Positions 53,401-59,400 of a stretch of 64,000 nucleotides of DNA are shown here, one piece after another. The DNA comes from Pecten maximus (Eukaryota), in assembly GCF_902652985.1 (NCBI RefSeq), contig NC_047015.1:7378001-7442000 (forward strand), read 5' to 3'. A model generated the notes under the pieces. That model made no database searches. It saw only the letters and a list, made by a program, of their open reading frames with translations, and had not been told where the DNA came from. How positions within the stretch are numbered: position 1 is the first letter of the stretch; every line of letters starts with the position of its first letter. Position numbers and translations under genes: made by a program.

Positions 53401-56400
53401 TGTTATATCAGGAGTTTGATAGGATGACCTAACGGGTAGGGTTTTATTAGGTACATTAACCATTTCAATGGTCCTTGTCATTGAAGATTTCGTCAGAAAT
53501 TCTTCATCGGCAGAGATCACGCGTCCTGAACAGAAGGGGTGGTTCATCTTGTTCATATGTAGTACAGATCAATTGTGAATGACAGGTTAGGGGCAGAAGT
53601 GTGTAAAACATTCCACGTCATATTGCCCTGTTACAGTCCTAGACTGTACAGCTATTATCATAGGCTTACCTGCTGACTGCGTCTCGATTCCGGAATATGT
53701 CGAGTAAGGTGCAATTACTGTAGACGTGGTAGGTACAGCTGTTGTAGTAGCCGTGGTAGGTACAGTTGTTGTAGGCGCCGTGGTAGGTACAGTTGTTGTA
53801 GTAGCCGTGGTAGGTACAGTTGTTGTAGGAGCCGTGGTAGGTACAGTTGTTGTAGGCGCCGTGGTAGGTACAGTTGTTGTTCGAGCCGTGGTAGGTACAG
53901 TTGTTGTAGGAGCCGTGGTAGGTACAGTTGTTGTAGGAGCCGTGGTAGGTACAGTTGTTGTAGGAGCCGTGGTAGGTACAGTTGTTGTAGGCGCCGTGGT
54001 AGGTACAGTTGTTGTAGGCGCCGTGGTAGGTACAGTTGTTGTAGGCGCCGTGGTAGGTACAGTTGTTGTAGTAGCCGTGGTAGGTACAGTTGTTGTAGGA
54101 GCCGTGGTAGGTACAGTTGTTGTAGTAGCCGTGGTAGGTACAGTTGTTGTAGGAGCCGTGGTAGGTACAGTTGTTGTAGGCGCCGTGGTAGGTACAGTTG
54201 TTGTAGGCGCCGTGGTAGGTACAGTTGTTGTAGGAGCCGTGGTAGGTACAGTTGTTGTAGGCGCCGTGGTAGGTACAGTTGTTGTTCGAGCCGTGGTAGG
54301 TACAGTTGTTGTAGGAGCCGTGGTAGGTACAGTTGTTGTAGGAGCCGTGGTAGGTACAGTTGTTGTAGGAGCCGTGGTAGGTACAGTTGTTGTAGGCGCC
54401 GTGGTAGGTACAGTTGTTGTAGGCGCCGTGGTAGGTACAGTTGTTGTAGGCGCCGTGGTATATACAGTTGTTGTAGTAGCCGTGGTAGGTACAGTTGTTG
54501 TAGGAGCCGTGGTAGGTACAGTTGTTGTAGTAGCCGTGGTAGGTACAGTTGTTGTAGGAGCCGTGGTAGGTACAGTTGTTGTAGGCGCCGTGGTAGGTAC
54601 AGTTGTTGTAGGCGCCGTGGTAGGTACAGTTGTTGTAGGCGCCGTGGTAGGTACAGTTGTTGTAGGCGCCGTGGTAGGTACAATTATTGTAGGCGCCGTG
54701 GTAGGTACAGTTGTTGTAGGCGCCGTGGTAGGTACAGTTGTTGTAGGCGCCGTGGTAGGTACAGTTGTTGTAGGCGCCGTGGTAGGTACAATTATTGTAG
54801 GCGCCGTGGTAGGTACAGTTGTTGTAAGAGCCATGGTAGGTACAGTTGTTGTAGGCGACGTGGTTGGTACAGTTATTGTAGGCGCCGTGGTTGGTACAGT
54901 TATTGTAGGCGCCGTGGTAGGTAGAGTTGTTGTAGGAGCCGTGGTTGGTACAGTTATTGTAGGCGCCGTGGTAGTTGTTGGTTCAGTAGTTGTTGGTTCA
55001 GTAGTTGTTGGTTCTGTAGTTGTCGGTTCTATAGTTGCTGGTTGTGTAGTTGTTGGTTGTGTAGTGGTTGGTTGTGTAGTGGTTGGTTCTGTAGTTGTTG
55101 GTTCTGTAGTTGTTGGTTGTGTAGTTGTCGGTTCTGTAGTTGTTGGTTCTGTAGTTGTTGGTTGTGTAGTTGTCGGTTCTGTAGTTGTCGGTTGTGTAGT
55201 TGTTGGTTCTGTAGTTGTTGGTTCTGTAGTTGCTGTTCCTTCAGTTATTGGTTCTGTAGTTTTCGGTCCTGTAGTTGTCGGTTCTATAGTTGTTGGTTCT
55301 GTAGTTGTTGGTTCTGTAGTTTTCGTCCCTGTAGTTGTCGGTTCTATAGTTGTCGGTTCTATAGTTGTTGGTTCTATAGTTGTTGGTTCTGTAGTTGTCG
55401 GTTCTGTAGTTGTTGGTTCTATATTTGTTGGTTCTGTGGTTGTCGTTTCTATAGTTGTTGGTTCTATAGTTGTTGGTTCTGTAGTTGTTGGTTCTGTAGT
55501 TGCTGTTCCTTCAGTTATTGGTTCTGTAGTTTTCGGTCCTGTAGTTGTCGGTTCTATAGTTGTTGGTTCTGTAGTTGTTGGTTCTGTAGTTTTCGTCCCT
55601 GTAGTTGTCGGTTCTATAGTTGTCGGTTCTATAGTTGTTGGTTCTATAGTTGTTGGTTCTGTAGTTGTCGGTTCTGTAGTTGTTGGTTCTATATTTGTTG
55701 GTTCTGTGGTTGTCGTTTCTGTAGTTGTTGGTTCTATAGTTGTCGTTTTTATAGTTGTCGGTTCTATATTTGTCGTTTCTATAGTTGTTGGTTCTGTAGT
55801 TGTCGGTTCTGTAGTTGTCGGTTCTGTAGTTGTCGGTTCTATATTTGTTGTTTCTGTAGTTGTCGGGTCTATAGTTGTCGTTTTTATAGTTGTCGGTTCT
55901 ATATTTGTTGTTTCTGTAGTTGTCGGTTCTATAGTTGTCGTTTTTAGTTCTGTAGTTGTCGGTTCTGTAGTTGTCGGTTCTATATTTGTTGTTTCTGTAG
56001 TTGTCGGGTCTATAGTTGTCGATTCTATATTTGTTGTTTCTGTAGTTGTCGGGTCTATAGTTGTCGGTTCTATATTTGTTGTTTCTGTAGTTGTCGGTTC
56101 TGTAGTTGTTGGTTCTGTAGTTGTCGGGTCTATAGTTGTCGGTTCTATATTTGTTGTTTCTGTAGTGGTTGGTTGTGTAGTTGTTGGTTCTATAGTTGTT
56201 GGTTCTGTAGTTGTAGGTTCTGTAGTTGTCGGTTCTGTAGTTGTAGGTTCTGTAGTTGTCGTTTCTATAGTTGTTGGTTCTGTAGTTGTCGGCTCTGTAG
56301 TTGTTGGTTCTGTAGTTGTCTGTTCTATAGTTGTCGGTTCTGTAGTTGTTGGTTCTATAGTTTTTGGTTCTGTAGTTGTTGGTTCTGTAGTTGTCGATTC

Positions 56401-59400
56401 TATAGTTGTTGGTTCTGTAGTTGTCGGTTCTGTAGTTGTCGGTTCTGTAGTTGTCGGTTCTATAGTTGTTGGTTGTGTAGTTGTTGGTTCTGTAGTGGTT
56501 GGTTGTGTAGTTGTTGGTTGTGTAGTTGTTGGTTGTGTAGTGGTTGGTTCTGTAGTGGTTGGTTGTGTAGTGGTTGGTTGTGTAGTGGTTGGTTGTGTAG
56601 TTGTTGGTTGTGTAGTTGTTGGTTTGTGTAGTGGTTGGTTCTGTAGTTGTCGGTTCTATAGTTGTCGGTTGTGTAGTTGTCGGTTCTATAGTTGCTGGTT
56701 CTGTAGTTGTTGGTTCTGTAGTTGTTGGGTCTATAGTTGTCAGTTCTATAGTTGTCGGGTCTATAGTTGTTGGTTCTATAGTTGCTGGTTCTGTAGTTGT
56801 TGGTTCTGTAGTTGTTGGTTCTGTAGTTGTTGGGTCTATAGTTGTCGGTTCTGTAGTTGTCGTGTCTATAGTTGTCGGTTCTGTAGTTGTTGGGGTGCTC
56901 GTAGTTTGGTTTGGAATTGTCGGTTCTTAGTTGTTGGTTCGTATTGTGGTTCTGTTTGTCGGTTCTGTATTTGTTGTTATGTTTGGTTGTAGTTGTTGGT
57001 TCTTTTATTTGTGTTGTCTATAGTTGTCGTTCTGTATTGGTTGGTTTGTAGTTGTGGTTCTATAATTTTGGTTCTTAGTTTTTCTAGTTGTCGGGTTAGT
57101 TTTTCGTTCTTAGTTGTGGTTTGGTGTTTCGGTTCTTGTTTTTGGTTCTTAGTTTGGTCTTAGTTGTCGTTCTTGTTGTGGGTCTTAGTTGTCGGTTCTG
57201 TAGTTGTGGTTCTTATTGCGGTTCTATGTTGTTGGTTCTGTAGTTGGTTTGGTTGTGGTTTTTGGGTCTAGTTGTTGTGTTCAGTTTGGTTCTATAGTTT
57301 TGGTTCGGTGGTTTTTAGTTGTTGGTTCTTAGTTGTTGTTGTTAGTTGTTGGTTCTAGTTGTTGGTTTTATTTGGTTTCTATAGTTGTCGGTCTTATTTT
57401 CTGTTGGGTTTTAGTTTTTGGGTTTTCTGTAGTTGTTGGTTCTGTATTGGTTGTTTTGTTCTTAGTTGTTGGTTTTATTATGTGTGGTTGTATTAGTTTG
57501 TGTTGTGTTCTGTGTTGTGGTTTTTTTGGTTGTGTATGTTGGTTTTAGTGGGTTCTTGTTGTTTCTTAGTGGGTCGTTTTTGGGGGTTTTGGGGTATTGT
57601 TGGTTTTTTAGTTGTGGTTCTATTGTGGTTGTTGGTGTTCTGTATTTTGTTGGTTGTGTTGTTGGTTGTGTAGTTGTTGGTTGTGTAGTGGTTGGTTGTG
57701 TAGTGGTTGGTTCTGTTGTGGTTGGTTGTGTAGTGGTTGGTTTTGTGGTTGTTGGTTGTGTTGTGTAGTTGTTGGTTGTGTAGTGGTTTGGGTTGGGGGT
57801 TTATTTGGTTGTTGTTTTGGGTATTGTTGGTTGGTAGTTGTGTAGTGGTGTTGGTGTGGTTGGTTGTTGTAGTTTTGGTTTTAGTTGGGTTTTTGGTGGT
57901 TGGTTGTTGTAGCTGTTGTTTGGTTGTTGGTTGTTTGTGGTTGTGTAGTGTTGGTTTGTGTGTTTTTTCGGTTGTGGGGTTGTGTACGTTGTTGGTTGGT
58001 GTTTTTGGGTTGGTTGTGTGGTTGTGTTGGTTGTTGTAGTGGTTTGGTTGTGGTGTAATTGTTTGGGTTTGTGTCTTGTGGTTCTGTGTTTGTTGTGTAG
58101 TGGTTGGTTGTGTAGTTGTTGGTTGTGCAGTGGTTGGTTGTGTAGTTGTTGGTTGTGTAGTGGTTGTTTGTTGTTGGGTTGTTGTTGTGTTGGTTGGTTT
58201 GTAAGGTTTTTGGTTGTTGTTTGTGGTTGGTGTGGTTGGTGTGTGTTTTGGGTTGTGTGTGGTTGGTGGTTTGTTGGTGTGTGTGGTGTTTGTGTAGTGT
58301 TGGTTGTGTAGGGTTGTTTGGGTTGTTGTTGTTGTTGGTGAAGGGGGTTGGTTTGTGGGTTGGTGTGTAGGTGGTTTGGGGTTTTTGTTGTTTTGGTGGG
58401 TTTGTTGGTTCGTGGTTTGGTTGTTTTCGTGGTCTGTTGTGGTGAGTTGGGCTTTTGGGTTGTGTAGTGGTGGTTGTGTAGTGGTTGGTTTGTTGTGTTT
58501 GTAGTTGTTGTGTTGTGGTTGGTTGTGTTAGTGTTGTTGTTGTTTTGGTTGGGGTTGCGTTCTGCCTTGTCGGTCTGTGTTGTTGGTTTTGGTTTGTTGT
58601 GTTGTTGTTGTGGTTGTGTTGGTTTGGTTTGTAGTTGTTGGTTGTGTGTTTGTTGTGTGGGGTTTGGGGTTTTTGGTTTGTGGTGTGTTGGTTGGTGGTG
58701 TGGTTGGTTCTGTGTGGCGAGTTGTGGGGTTGTGGGTAGTGTGTGGTTGTGTAGTGGTTGGTTGTGTCGGTGTTGGTTGTGAGTGTGTTGTTTGGTGAAA
58801 GGTTGGTTGATTGGGGTGTGTGGTGGGTTGGGGTTGTGGGGGTGTAGTTTGTTGGGTCGTTGTTGGGTTGTGGGAGTTGTTGGGTGGTATTTGTTGGTTG
58901 GGGAGTTGTGGTTGTGTAGTGTGGGGGTCGGGTTGTGGTTGGGTTGTTTTGTGATTTTGGTGTTGTGTCTTTTGTTTGTCCCCGTTGTTGGGTTGTTACG
59001 GGTTTTGGTTGGTTTTTCTTTGTGGTTTTTTTGTGTAGGGTTGGTTGGTTAGTTGTGGTTGTGCAGTGGGGGTTTGTGTGAGTTGTTGTTTTGTGGTTGT
59101 TGTTGTGGCGGGGGTTTGGTTGGGTGGGTCTTTGGGGTTTGGGTGTGTGGGGTGTGTTTTGGGGTTGGTTGGGTTTTGGGTTGGTGGTTTTTGGTTTGTT
59201 TGTGGTTTGGGTGTTGGTTGTGTGTTGTTGGGGTGGTGGGTGGTTTGTATGTTGTGGTTGTGTCGTGGTGGTTGGTGGGGTGGGTTGGTTGTGTGTGGTT
59301 GGTTTGTGTGGTTGGTTGTGTAGTGGTTGGGTTGTGTGTTGTTGGTTTGGGGTTGGTTTTGGTTGTTGTGTCGTTGCGGGTGGGGGGGTTGGTTGTTGTT

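Noticed and set aside
34555-54683. Gln/Leu/Pro-rich minus-strand ORFs (QLFRKQLPH..., QQLYLPR...)
   Set aside because: Alternative frames of the mucin repeats.
20485-56992. Long plus-strand Val-rich ORFs (VVVVSGTVV..., up to 1088 aa)
   Set aside because: Antisense shadows of Thr codons (ACN read as GTN in the offset frame); the splice signals and coherent protein are on the minus strand.
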